Assembly (NCBI GenBank): GCA_958009085.1
Contig: OY253680.1
Span: 434,001 to 498,000, forward strand
From: Protoeuglena noctilucae
Taxonomy: Eukaryota
Reading direction: 5' to 3'
DNA: 64,000 nucleotides
A program made the translations under genes and the position numbers. The notes below the pieces were generated by a model, which saw nothing but the letters and a program-made list of their open reading frames with translations, was not told the DNA's origin and ran no database searches. The stretch's first letter is position 1. Each line of letters opens with the position of its first letter. Of the stretch, positions 13,219-25,400 are shown piece by piece.

Positions 13219-13665
13219 TCAACTCATCACCGATTCCTCGGTGCCGGCGCAGCAGCCCTTGAGATGGCGCGGTCTAGAGTGCGCACCGGAGCCCATGTAT
13301 GCTGCGTCTGTGGCGCCAGTTGAAGCTGCGACTGGTTCTCATCCAGTGGAGAGGTGGCTCTCCTCTGCCGCTGCGGGATTCGCCCTGGGAGTGGTGAGGT
13401 TTCAACACCCCTCGCCGGCCTCAGAGGCAAAGCTAGGCATGCCCGAGCGACTGGATGGGACGCGGCGGGCGGATCCTCGCGCAGAGCGCCCAGGGGTCCG
13501 TGACACTGGCGCTCCCGGCTCTGTTTGGCATGGGCAAGCAAGTCAACGTGAGCGAGCCCACTTCGTATCTCCGGGAGACTGTTGCGCTGTCAACCTTGCA
13601 CCGGTAGCTGCCTCGCCCTGCCCCTGCGCCAAGCGACCCACCAGAACAGCCGCCCTCCATCCAGC

Positions 13666-15479
13666 ATGGCGCCGAAGAAGAAGGAAGCGGAGCCCGAACC
13701 CGTGATTTTGGGGCGCTTCAAGTCGCACCTTAAGGCGAGCGATAGCGTGCGAACCTGCCCGATCCCTGCCGAAGAGCATGAGGAGGATGCAGCCGTACGA
13801 CGTGCCTCGGAGATCTCCGTGCTCGGCTGCATCGTCCCCGCGCACGATGCGTTTGCGGATAGGCACTTCGGGGCCGAGGGCGCCTTGTGGGAGCGAGCGG
13901 CGGGGGTGACCGGAGGCCGGCGCGCCTCTTCCCGTGGCTGCTGGGTCTGGGCGCGCGAGATCCCCGCCCTATCTGGATCGGCGCGCAACATGTCGCTGTC
14001 AGTATCCATCTGGCTGCCATGGGGCAAGCGCAGAGCTCTCGCGACCCAGGAACACGGCACCAAGACGTGCCTGTCTGTCGCAGATCGGCATCGTGGGTCT
14101 CCCCAACGTGGGCAAGTCTACGCTCTTCAACTGTCTGTCTAAGCGTGGCATTCCCGCCGAGGTGGGCCCCCGCGCGCTGTCGCACTCGGTTGCTCTGCAT
14201 GCGTCCCTGCCCGCGAGCCCGAGGCCGCCGCCGCTGCAGAACTTCCCCTTCTGCACCATCGAGCCCAACGAGGCGCGGGTGAACGTGCCGGACGAGCGCT
14301 TCAACTGGCTGTGTGAGACCTACAAGCCCAAGTCGGAGGTGCCGGCTTTCCTGGAGGTGTGGGACATCGCGGGGCTGGTGAAGGGTGCGTCGACCGGCGC
14401 GGGCCTGGGCAACGCCTTCCTCTCCAACATCAGCGCCGTCGATGGCATCTTCCACGTCTGCCGCGCCTTCGAGGACCCGGACGTGGTGCACGTGGAGGAC
14501 CGCGTGAACCCGGTCGAGGACCTGGAGATCATCCACGCGGAGCTGCGGGCCAAGGACGTGGCCACCGTGGAGAAGTTCATCGACTCGCTTGAAAAGCTCA
14601 AGTCCCGAGGGCTCAGCAAGGCGAGGGAGGGCACTTGAGGCGCCCCCGGTCGCCGAGCTGGAGTGGGCTCGCGGGCCGGGCGCTCGGGTCCCCGCCTTCG
14701 CCCTTCCGTCCCGTCCATCGGCGTCGCCCGTCGCCCTTGCTTTTCGCAGGAGCAGAAGGAGAACCTGGAGTCGGCCCAGGTGGTGCTGGACTGGCTCAGG
14801 GAGGGCAAGGACGTGAGGCTCAAGTCGGACTGGACACTCAAGCAGGTGGACTGGCTCAACGAGACGCAGCTGCTGACGGCCAAGAACGTGGTCTTCCTGG
14901 TCAACCTGACGGAGGAGGACTACGTGCGGAAGAAGAACAAGTGGCTGCCCAAGATCGCAGCGTGGGTGAAGGAGCACGGGAACGAGCCCATCATCCCCTT
15001 CTCGGGGGCCCTCGAGTTCCGGCTCAGCGACATGCCCTTGGACGAGGCCCAGGCGAGCGGAGGGCCGCGCTGCGTGTCCGGTCTGGCGCCGGCGGCCTCG
15101 GCGCGACGCACCGGGTCCCGCACGCCCGCAGAAGCACTGCGCCGAGCAGGGGTTCCAGTCCGCGCTGCCCAAGATCGTCCAGACGGGCTTCCGTTCCATC
15201 AACCTCATCTACTTCTTCACGGCGGGGTCGGACGAAGTCAAGTGCTGGACCATCCGGAAGGGCACCAAGGCCCCCCAGGCGGCCGGCACCATCCACTCGG
15301 ACATGGAGAACGGCTTCATCTGCGCCGAGGTGATGGCCTACGACGACCTCAAGGCGCTGGGGACGGAGCACGAGGTCAAGGCGCAGGGCAAGTACCGGCA
15401 GGAGGGCAAGGCCTACACGGTCCAGGACGGCGACATCATCTACTTCAAGTTCAACAAGACCACCGCGGGGAAAAAGTGA
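13666..15479 (+). CDS. OLA1: Obg-like ATPase 1 (YchF)
   Basis: MAPKKKEAE...[41 protein letters not shown], and TGS-domain [17 protein letters not shown]. Three of four introns are GC-AG. Confidence 0.96.
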
Positions 15480-15581
15480 GGGCATCCCCGCCTGGAGTCA
15501 CGCCAACGTGGGCGCGTGATGCGGGGACGCGCCGCGTAGCTGTGGCAGACCGCGCTGCCCTCCTCCCAGCTTGAAATCTGC

Positions 15582-17018
15582 TCACAAGCGCTCGGTGCCC
15601 CGGCCCTTCTCCCTCTCGCCCTTCTCCCTCTCCATCCGTGCGACATCCTCCAGCGAGGGGACGTCGTCGAAGTCCAGCGGCGCCTCGCACTCCTCATCAG
15701 GGCCGTGGTCTGCGTGCCCGGGAGTATGGGGCGTCAGCGGCAGCCAGGACCGCATGTGCAGTCGCTTCTCCCCCAGCGCGCCCTCCGCACTCACGGCACC
15801 CCGTGTCGCCCCTTTGCTCCTGCCGGGCCCGGCGCATGGCCGCCAGCGCCCCGAGCGCCTTGCCCGACAGCGGCAACCTCAACGCTGACACCAAGTCCAC
15901 GGTCCGCTCCGCAACCCAGCCCAGTCCCGGCACTGCCTGCGCACTGCGCCACATCCACCCCCAGCCCACAGCGCCATAGAGCGCTTCGAGCGCCGCTGCC
16001 CCGGCCAGCACGCCGCCGTCCCGCTTCACGACGTGGATCTTCTCCATGGCACGTTCCCAACTCACGCCGCCGTGATCCTCGGGTCGGTAGTCGGGGCCCG
16101 CGATGTCCACGAAGCGGAGGCGCCCCTGCCTGTCTGCCTGCTGCAGGGCCCCCTTCAGGTTCCGGCACATGGAGCACTCGCCGTCGTACAGGTAGGTGAG
16201 CCCCCAGGCGCCCGCGACCTGCGCCGCGGGCGCAAGTGTCGGTGCCGGCGCCGCGCCTCCCCGGCCCCGCTCCTCTGCCCGCCACGCTTCCTCGTCCAGC
16301 GTCATGAGAGACCGGAACGAGACGTCGCGCCCGGTGGCAAAGTCGAGCAACGAGGAGGTGTTCGCGGCGTAGTCCATGCCTCCCTCGACGTCGCTGCGGG
16401 TGATGATGCCGGACAGGCGTCCTCGAGCATCGACGACGGGCAGCCGGTGGATCCCGTGCGCCAGCATCAAAGCCGCAGCGTCGGACACGTGTGCGCGGTC
16501 GCGAATGGTGACCGCCGGAGAGCGCATCGCGGCTGACACAGACGCGGCGCGGTAGTCCCCGCGTAACGCCTCCACGTCCTTGCGCGAGACGACGCCGACG
16601 ACCGTGCCGTCGCTCGTCACGACGGGCAGGCCATGCACATGGCTGAGCCGCGGCAGGACGTCCGCCAGGGACTCGTCGGGGGAGCACGTCCTGGGAGCAC
16701 GTCACGGTGGGGTGGTTGGTGGTTGGTGGGCGTCGGGGCAGGAGATGGTGCACGTTGCGCGCCAGCTCTCCATCACCTCAATTCGCTCGTCGTCATCACA
16801 TCCTCCACGTGCAGGAATGCCGTGACCGGGTCCACGGCCGCCTCCTCATGCTGGGGGTCGCTCAACGCCGCGGGCAATCGGACCCGGGCCCCGCGTTCGC
16901 CAACGATGCGCATAGAGTCCCCGCGGCAGTTCTTGGTATGAAGAAGCGCACGGGGGCGCGCTGACGTGCTGCATATAGCTGCATTGCCGCGCAAGGCCAC
17001 GGGCGCCACGGGCGCCAT
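15582..17018 (-). CDS. Plastid-targeted CBS-pair (CBSX-like) plus DCC/DUF393 thiol-disulfide oxidoreductase fusion protein
   Basis: Ala/Arg/Ser-rich N-terminus. CBS motifs VEDVMTT, HGLPVV...VGVVSRKD and GIHRLPVVD...LSGIITRSD. These are followed in the same exon by LYDGECSMC...LRFVDI...AMEKIHVV...LYGAVGWGW (DCC1 family). Two GT-AG introns. Confidence 0.85.
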
Positions 17019-17540
17019 CTCGCCGCTCTTGACGAAAGGCGGAAATTGCAATCTTTTGACCTCCTGGCCTGAAAAAGAATAGAAGTGTCGCTACGTCAAA
17101 CGCAACGCGCTCGCGTCCATGCGGCTCGGGTGCTAAACGCCGGGACACCTTGCGCATTAGTTACCTCCCCGTCTCCTTCGCAGCGAACACGTTTCTGCTC
17201 TCCCTTTCCACCAATCCACGGCTTACACTGTGACGTTTTCAGGAGAGCCGCGCGGTCCAAGTCCCGGTGACGACGGCGCATGTCCGACAAAGAGGGCTGG
17301 CAGCGACGCGCAAGATCCTCTCGCCCGCCCTGGAGTCGCCGCCATCGCGCACCGCTCGTTCTCGCTGATTTCATGCGAGCTCCCGGCAGCCCCTGTGTCT
17401 CAGGGCCCAGCGCGTTTCTCCCACACCCGTGGATCTGCACACGGGAGACCATTGGCCGCGCTGTTGCGTGCCGAGGTGGCGACGCGGACCTGCGGGTTGC
17501 TGCCGCGAGTCTTTTCTGGTCTCTATCGTGATACTCTGAG

Positions 17541-18867
17541 ATGGCCGGGGGGGAGAGGGTGGACGCGGCGGGTGTAGACCACACCCAGCCGCTGTTCAAG
17601 CAGGTCCTGGGCATGAAGCCGTCGCTTTATGACAGATGGGTGCACACGCAGCCAATGAAGGGGTCGCCAAGGTACGCGACCCTGACCCCCGCGCCCTGAA
17701 TGCACCGGCACCATGACATCGCGCGCATGCTGCCCGCCGTGCCGGGGCGGCGGCTTGCCGACGACGGCCGCGACAGACTGTCTATGATTTCCTTTGGGGC
17801 GCCCCACACCGCGCCGATCCGCGAGCGGCCGCAGCGCTCCTCCGCGCTCAGGATTTTCGTCTCGGACTGGTTCGAGAAGCTCACCTTCTGCCCGTGGTGG
17901 TACGTGCCTCTCTGGGCCATCCCATGCGCTGCATATCTCATCGCTTCAGGCGCCAAGGCCGCCGGGCTCACCGTCGGCCAAGCCGCAGCGTTGACGGTCG
18001 CTGGTGCGTCGTGACGCTGGGCTGTGGCAGTGAAGCGACGATGAGGCAGCGCACTGCCAGTGCTCTGCGAGCGCTCTGCATGTACCCGTAGCGCTCGACT
18101 GCCTCTGGGCCCCCTGTTCAGAGCCGCTTGGCTGGCCCGCTGCGCCCACAGGCCTGCCGTGCTGGCATTTGATCGAGTACGTCATCCACCGCTTCGTCTT
18201 CCACATGAAGCCGTCTGACTGGTGCGTGCCGGTGCCGTAATTAGATCGCCCCGCCGCGCCCGCGACCGCGGGGATAAGGACGCTCCCCTCGACCCCTCGC
18301 CTGCCCCAGGAGCTCGTGGTTCAACGCCGGGCACTTCCTCGCACACGGAGTCCACCACAAGTACCCCTACGACCCGTCCCGGCTGGTGTTCCCTCCCGTC
18401 CTCGCCCTGCTGACGGTCCCGGTACGTCGTGGGCCCCGCTTGCCCTAAGCCGCGACCGCGTTGTAGTCATCACCTGGCTTCCAAAACCTCGCCCTTCGGC
18501 CTGCTCAGGTGGTTGCCTGGCTCGTCCAGCTTGTCATCACGGGGCCCCTCGGCGTGGACCCGGCGTCGGCGACGGTCATTGTGGGCGGGGGAGTGCTGGG
18601 CTACCTCAGCTACGACATGATGCACTACGCCACGCACTTTGCGTCCCTGCCGCCGTGGCTGCAGGCCTGGTGAGGGAGCTGGGCACTATCTCGTTGCCTC
18701 CCTGCTTGCCTCGGCAGGCGCGCCGTGCAGAGCAGCATGCACTTGTTGGCTTTCGCAGGCGCAAGTACCACATGATGCACCACGGCCAGGGAAACGACAA
18801 CTCGCGATTCGGCATCACGACAACGTTTTTTGACATCCTTTTCGGCACGTACCCCAAGGCATCTTGA
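17541..18867 (+). CDS. FAH: Sphingolipid fatty acid 2-hydroxylase (plant FAH type, no cytochrome b5 domain)
   Basis: Motifs [61 protein letters not shown] and [14 protein letters not shown]. Five GT-AG introns. Confidence 0.92.
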
Positions 18868-18992
18868 AGCAAGGACAGCGGGAGCAAGCACGAGGGCGAA
18901 GGTGGGCTGGGAGAGGGGCTCAGCCGCCAAATCTCTCTGGGACAAGCTAGGGCGGCGCAATTGTAGATGGTTCTTTTGCAAACACCACGCTT

Positions 18993-19630
18993 CTACTCAA
19001 CCACGTTGTTGCCAATCTTGGGCACGCGAACGTACGCTCCGTCCTTAGATGGTGCACCGGCCACCAAAGCCTCCCTGTCCCCGAACTCCTTCGGCTCATC
19101 TGGCCTGCGCGTGGCGCGCACGAGCACACCATAGCGCAAGCCGGCGAGACGGAAACGAGCCTGGCTCGTCACACACAGCAAGCGACCTCACCGCAGCCGA
19201 TTGCCGTCCTCGCACGCCCTCAGCGCCGGCGGCACGCCCTCTATGTTGACTGCTTGCAAATTCCCAAACCACGCGACGATGGAATCTATCTTCGGCCCCC
19301 ATTCTGCGGCCTGCGTGCGGGGAAGCAAAGGCGTCACACCACATCGTCGTCGCTTGGGGCCCGCGCAGGGGAACCGTGGCTGGTTTATCTCTTCCAATCC
19401 TGCTGGAGGAGTTACTCGTGCCATCAACTCCCTGCTCCGCCCACCTCGGCCTCAGAGACGCTTATCCGGGCCATCTCCGCGAGCTTCTGGACGTCCGGCT
19501 TCTCGAGGGACTTGCCGTCACTCGGCGAGCTAAGGCACCTCCAGTTTCCCACGTCGCGTGACGCCCAGCGCCATCTGCTCGAGCACGGGACGCCCCAGCT
19601 CGCAGCTGCACGCTGCAGACCGAGCCGCAT
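18993..19630 (-). CDS. GATC: Glu-tRNA(Gln) amidotransferase subunit C, organellar
   Basis: PDVQKLAEMARISV, WGPKIDSIVAWFGNLQAVNIEGVPPA, LR|PDEP and YVRVPKI, preceded by an N-terminal targeting-like peptide. Confidence 0.9.
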
Positions 19631-19881
19631 GCGGGCCAACCACTTCCCGAAGCCAGGCTGAAGCAGTGGGAATCCCAAAGAACATTGCTGTGTAAAAATC
19701 GACACGTTCGGCTTCGTTTTCAAGCAAGCACTGTCTCTTCTGGCATCACGCGCCAGTGTCTCCGCTCAATCGGCTCACTGGCCGCTCAGGTGCCGCACCG
19801 CGGCGTCCCGCTCCCCAGTCTCTGGTCCTGATGCCCTGTGGGGCGGACGCGCACGGCGTATACTTCAGCGCCTGCGGTAAA

Positions 19882-22409
19882 ATGGGCTGCGGTGCGAGCC
19901 GCCATGGCGAGGGCGCGCTGGACGTCGTCGCGACCGTCTCGGGGCCCAATGGCCCACGCGACCGACCTTTCGGCCATGCTGGTGGGAACGCGGGTGCTGC
20001 GGACAAGAAGAGCCACCCGAACCGGGAGGACCAGGTGCGAGCAACAACGCGGGTTCAGCCCGCCACTGGGGGCCGGGGAGCACATGTTTCCGAGAGATTT
20101 TCATTCACGCGTCACGTTTCATATTTATTTCCCCGGAACCGGCGCGGGACAGGGCTTGGGTGAGCCGCGCGCCGGTCGCGGACCCTTTGACGAAGGTGAC
20201 GGTCGTTTCAGGGGCCTCCGCATCCCCGTTCGCCCAATCTCACTAAGTGTACCATTTTGCGACGCGCATGAGGTTGCTGTTTGGTCCGTCATGGCTTTGG
20301 CACCCCATCCTTCCCGCACCCGTCGCGTCACATCAATGCCCGCCTCCAAGTCCCGATGGCAAGCGTGCGTTCGCACTTTTGCGATAGAAGTCGCGGCACG
20401 GGGCCACAGATAGCCCTTCGACGCCGCCCAGGGGCTTGCGCCCACATGCGCAACGCACACTCGTCCAATCCCAGCAGCGCCCCGCCTGGCTAAGTCCTCC
20501 CGACCTTTCCGACCTGCGGTCGTTCCTGGTATCCGCAGGCCCAAACGCTCCTCCTTCAGGGCAATGCGACGTTCTTGCAGCAGAATTATGCCGACGCGGT
20601 CAAGCTGTTCAACCGAGCTCTGGCTCTGAACCCCAACCTCGTGCGCGCGTACTACGAGGTATGTGCCGTGGCCTTGCCATGAGTCTGCGCTAGCCGTGCT
20701 GGTTCCAAGGAGTGTTGGCAACCACCGCTGCCGTTGCGCCCCTGCAGCGCGGCCTCGCCTACCAGGCGATGCAGATGTGGGACGACGCTGTGCGGGACAT
20801 GGACCGGGTCCTCAAGCGTCAACCGGACAACATCGCTGCGCTCACGGGTACGGCCCGCTGCTGCGCTGACCATGGCTGGCGTGAGATGACGGCCACCATG
20901 CGTCAAGCGTGGATCCCCCGCCGGACCCCGCAGTGAAGGCCGAGTGCCGGTTGCGGCGTGGTGACTGGGAGGGTGCCCTGGTGATCCTCAACGAGGGCAT
21001 TCGCACCCACCCGGGCGAGTCTCGCCTCTTCTCCCTCCGCGCCGAGTGCCACCGCGCCGCCGGGCATCTGGAGGCGGCCGAGGAGGACAGGGCGGCGGAG
21101 GAGGAGGCGGAGGGGCACAAGACGTGCGTGGTGTGCATGGAGGAGGAGCGCGGGGCCCGCCTGCACCCCTGCATGCACGCGTGCATGTGCCGCGACTGCG
21201 CCGAGCAGCTCCTCGAGTGCTGCTGCCCCTGCCCCATCTGCGGCGTCCGCATCGAGGTGACGGGGGCGTGGGTGGTGTCACAGGACTCTAAGCTATGGCA
21301 AAGACCACAAAGCCCTCATGCGCGTGCGGACGTTGCCCCCGCAGTCGGTGGAGGCCGGCACCTTCACCAGCACCTTTGCGTTTGAGCGCAACGGCCGCGG
21401 GCAGTCCCGCACGCCCCGCCCGCGCACCCGCCCAGGCGTGCACCCCGTCGGCACCCCCGCCTCGACCCCGCGGGCCTCGGGCGGCGACGCCGTGCCCCCT
21501 TCCCCGCCGGCCGACCGCCCCCGCACCGCCGACGCCGACCCTGTGCCCCGCGACCTCTTCTCCCTCACGCCCGGCCGCCGCGGCCAGCCCCGCCGCACGT
21601 GGGACCCCGAGCTCGCGGCCATCGCGCAGGAGCCCTCCGTGGGCGACGTGGCGTCCCTCACGCCGCCCTCCGTGGCGGGGTCGCCCGTGCGGCCCACCCA
21701 AGCCCCGCCGGCGGAGAGCCCGGCCGCTGCGGAGCCGCCCGTGGGCGTGGACGCCTCGCCGGCTTCCGAGGCGACGCTGGGACGGGAGGGCGGGGAGCTG
21801 CGTGAGGGCGAGGCGTCGACGCAGAACCTCGACTACGGCCGGGACCAGCTGGCGGGTCTGCGGGCCATGTCAGCCGCGGGGGCTGGCGCGGCCGGGCCGC
21901 AGTCCCGGCGCGGCGTCCGTGCAGAGGCGGCTGCGCCGGGCTCGACCCCCGAGTCGCTCGCGTTGGGCGCTGCCACGCCAGCGTCGGCTTCCACCCCCCG
22001 CGTCCGCGCCTGGTCGGAGGCCCGGGAGCCTGACTGGCCCGGTGAGGGCCATTCCGAGGCAACGTCGCCTTCCGACGCGTCCCCGGCCTCGGACCAGACT
22101 GGGGAGCAGAGCCCCGGCATCGCGTCTCCCGGGGCGGGGACGTCGGCCGGGTCCCCGACGGTGGCGTGCGACTCGTTGGGGCAGGGCCGGGGGACGCGGG
22201 AGCTGAGTCCGGAGGAGGTGGACAGCTGGAAGTGCAAGCGGGGCGAGGTGGACGGGGGGGCAGAGGGTGGGGAGTGGGCTGAGCTGGGGATGAGCGAGGT
22301 GGCAGACGTGGAGTCGGTGCTGGAGGGCGTGGTGCAGTACGCTGACGCGGCTTACGGCGCGGACGAGTGCGTCACGCTTCATGAGGTGGCAGCGGTCCTA
22401 GGGCAATGA
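19882..22409 (+). CDS. TPR plus RING-HC (C3HC4_3-type) putative E3 ligase with N-terminal MGCGAS acylation motif
   Basis: TPRs (GNATFLQQNYADAVKLFNRALALNP; RGLAYQAMQMWDDAVRDMDRVL) and RING CVVC...PCMHACMCRDC...CPIC. The link to the MGCGAS exon across intron 20035-20538 is phase-compatible but unproven. Confidence 0.75.
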
Positions 22410-22472
22410 GAATATAACGGCATGCTTGCCATGCGCCCCCGCTTGAACGCCCATCTCACGGCTACCCACTAT

Positions 22473-25400
22473 TCACACGGCCCCTGTCAGTCTTTCGTCC
22501 CCCCCCTCGCCGATGCCCCACGACAGCGACGCCGTCCGCTTTGGGCGAGGGCCCCAGCGCTTGGCCCCGCCCCAGTCCCTGGACTCGGACACCTCCGTGG
22601 CGCCGTTGTCGTCTGCCTCCTGGGGTAGCCCTGCGTCTCCCTCCCTCGTCGCATGCTGGACCACCTTGCGTGCGCTCGACAGCCGCAGCGCTCGTGCCCT
22701 CTGGCTCAGCGCCGACAGCCGCGCCAGGCTCTCCTGCGACGCCGACGCGCGCGGGTGCGGAGACTCCGGGTCCCCGTCTCCGTCCCCCTCCCCTCGCCCC
22801 ACGTCATCGCCCCGCTCCACCCCTTCCTCCGCGACCCCTCGGAGCATGGCCAGCAATGCGCCTCGCCCAGCCACGTCCCCGTTTGCCATTTTGGAGCCCC
22901 CCTCCGACCCACCACGCAGACCGCGCGCCAGGGCCGGCACGTGAAGCTCCCCACCTTCCAGCACTTCCGTGTCTGACACCATCCCACTTGGAGCGACCTG
23001 AGACCTCCGCCGCCCCATGCCCCTGCCTGCGTCCGGCGCAACCCCCCCCGGGGCGCTGTCGCGTTGCCCCAGGCCGGCCACCTGTGAATCCGCCGCAACC
23101 GCCGAGCGTCTGCTCCCTGTGTCGTCCCTCACCGCCTCCGCGGCGCCCCCCACCGGTGGACGCCCCCGCGCCGAGGCCTGCCGCGCCATGGCAGCCACCT
23201 GTGCCAGCCGATATAAAGCAGACGAAGCGCGGGTTGGGGCAGCGCGGGGGGACCCGGCCACGCGGGGTTGCGACACACCCGAGGCGCCGGGTGGGAGCGG
23301 GATGCGCGAGGGCCGCAGGGCAAGCCGATCTGCGGACGGAGGACAACACACGAAAACGTCACAGCTTGCCTAGACTGGCCTTCCTACAGACAGCCGCGAG
23401 TCACGCACCTCCCGCAGCGTTGCCCACGCCCACGGGCATGGCTATTGCCGCCATGTTGCTCTGCGCCATGGGCGGGCCCTGTCGTGCTGCCCTCCAGCCG
23501 TCGCCCTCCGCCCGGGCACCCCGGACGACCGGGACCACTGCCGTGGCTGTGGGACCCACGCCCCACGTCCCCCCGTCACCTGCTCCCTCTTTGCCCGCGA
23601 CCTCATCCGCCCCCGCCCCAGACACGGCATCTCCGTCCGCTGCCCCTCGCCGCCGCCCCAGCAACACCCGCTCCGTAAATGCTCTCCGCAACTCCGTGGC
23701 GTGGTTTGTCCGGTGCCCCGACCCGTCCCCGTCTTCTGTTCCCCCCACGCTCCCACCCTCGTGCTCCCGGCCCGACGTGCGCCCCCGCACCGGCACTGAG
23801 GCGCCCGGGCGCGGCTCGGCGGGCCCCGCGGGGCGCAGGCGTCGCTCCGACAGAGCCCTGGCAGGGGGTGGGGCGCGCGAACCCCCCGCTGCGTCGGCAT
23901 CTACAGCCCTCGCCCTCTGCCGGCGATGCGGGTAGGGTGGCAGCGGGGGGCTGAACACCGCCTGGATGCGCCCCCCCTTGGAAGCCAGCACCGCCGCCAG
24001 GCACTGCCGCACCCACGCCTGCAGCTCCTCCCGCGACCCCAGCTCGGACCCGGGCAGGCGCGAGCATGGGTTGCGCCCCAGCGCGTCGAGCGCAGACACG
24101 AGCAGCGCGCGCCCCGCCGCCGCCAACTCGGCGCGCCCGAGCGTCCCGGCCCCGGTCGCTCGGTTCCCAGGCGACACGCACCGCCCACCCGCACCCCCCC
24201 CGAGCGTGGCGGGGAGCGTGGGGGAGAGCAGCCCCGCCGCGCTGTAGTGCGACTCGACCGTGTAGATGTGCGCGAGACCCGTGGCGCGGAACAGCGCCAC
24301 GCGCCCCGCACCCTCCTTGGAGTCGCCGGCGCGGTCCGTGGTGCTCATGTTGCGCTCGGTGAAGACGCAGCCCTGGAGGTCGAACTGCAGGCGAGCGCAG
24401 GGCTTAGCTCAGCCACTCGGGAGGCCTGCCCGGCAGCATATTCGAGGGCCACTAGCACAGGTGCCTGCCATTCACTGCCGGGGTCGTGCTCCAGACGAGG
24501 TTGCACTCACGTGGGGGCAGTTGAGGGCGCAGAGCTGCGCGTACATGAGGCCCTCGATCTGCTTGGCGGGGTCCTCAGGGATGTGGTTGCCGAAGGCGAA
24601 CACCCCGCGCTTGTTGGCGTGCGCGTGCAGGTCGAGGTAAAACGCGAGGCGGCCCTGCGAGGGACGAGGGTGCACGAGGGTGTCCGTGTCGGCCTAGTCA
24701 CCGTGGCTGCAGCCACGCGTGCGCTTTGCCGGGATGCGCATCTCGTCGCTTGCCTCCTTCGACCACTGCAGGAGCATGGTCCTGACGGCGTAGATGGCCG
24801 GGTGCCTCTCCGGGGTCGGGTCGGCGTAGCAGCGGTTGAGGTTCTGGCCGAGGCCGTCCTGGCGGTAGTGGCCGCGCCGCACGCCGTCCGGGTTGAGCAT
24901 CGGGACGACCTTGACGACGAACTGGTCCCGGAGGGCCCTGGCCCGCGGGTCCTGACTCAGCAGGAAGCGAAGGGCCCCGAGGCACATGGCCGAGCCGGGG
25001 GTCTCTCCGGGGTGCACCCGGGCGCTGACGAAGAGCACGCGCCGGGAGGCGAAGCGCAGGGGGGCGGCACCCTCGGCGCGGCGGTCGGGGAACAGGGCGG
25101 GGTCGTCCGGGAGCGTCTCCGCCTCAGTCTCGGCTGCGGGCGCCAGGTGTGGGAGTTGCAGTGGGTAACGGCGACGGCCCGAGGCGGAGGTTAGTCGGCC
25201 ACGTCATTCCATGCACTGATGCCGTGACTGTCGGATCCCGCGAGTCTCACCGGGGTCTTCGGCGGTGATGGTCAGCATGTCCACCCGCAAGCCATCCCGT
25301 GACCGGCACAGCAGCTGCCGGCGGTAGTAAATCCCGGCAGGCGGATCCCTCAAGCCCTCGCCACCCCTGTCGCGCGCAGATCCCTCCCTCGCGTCCCCCA

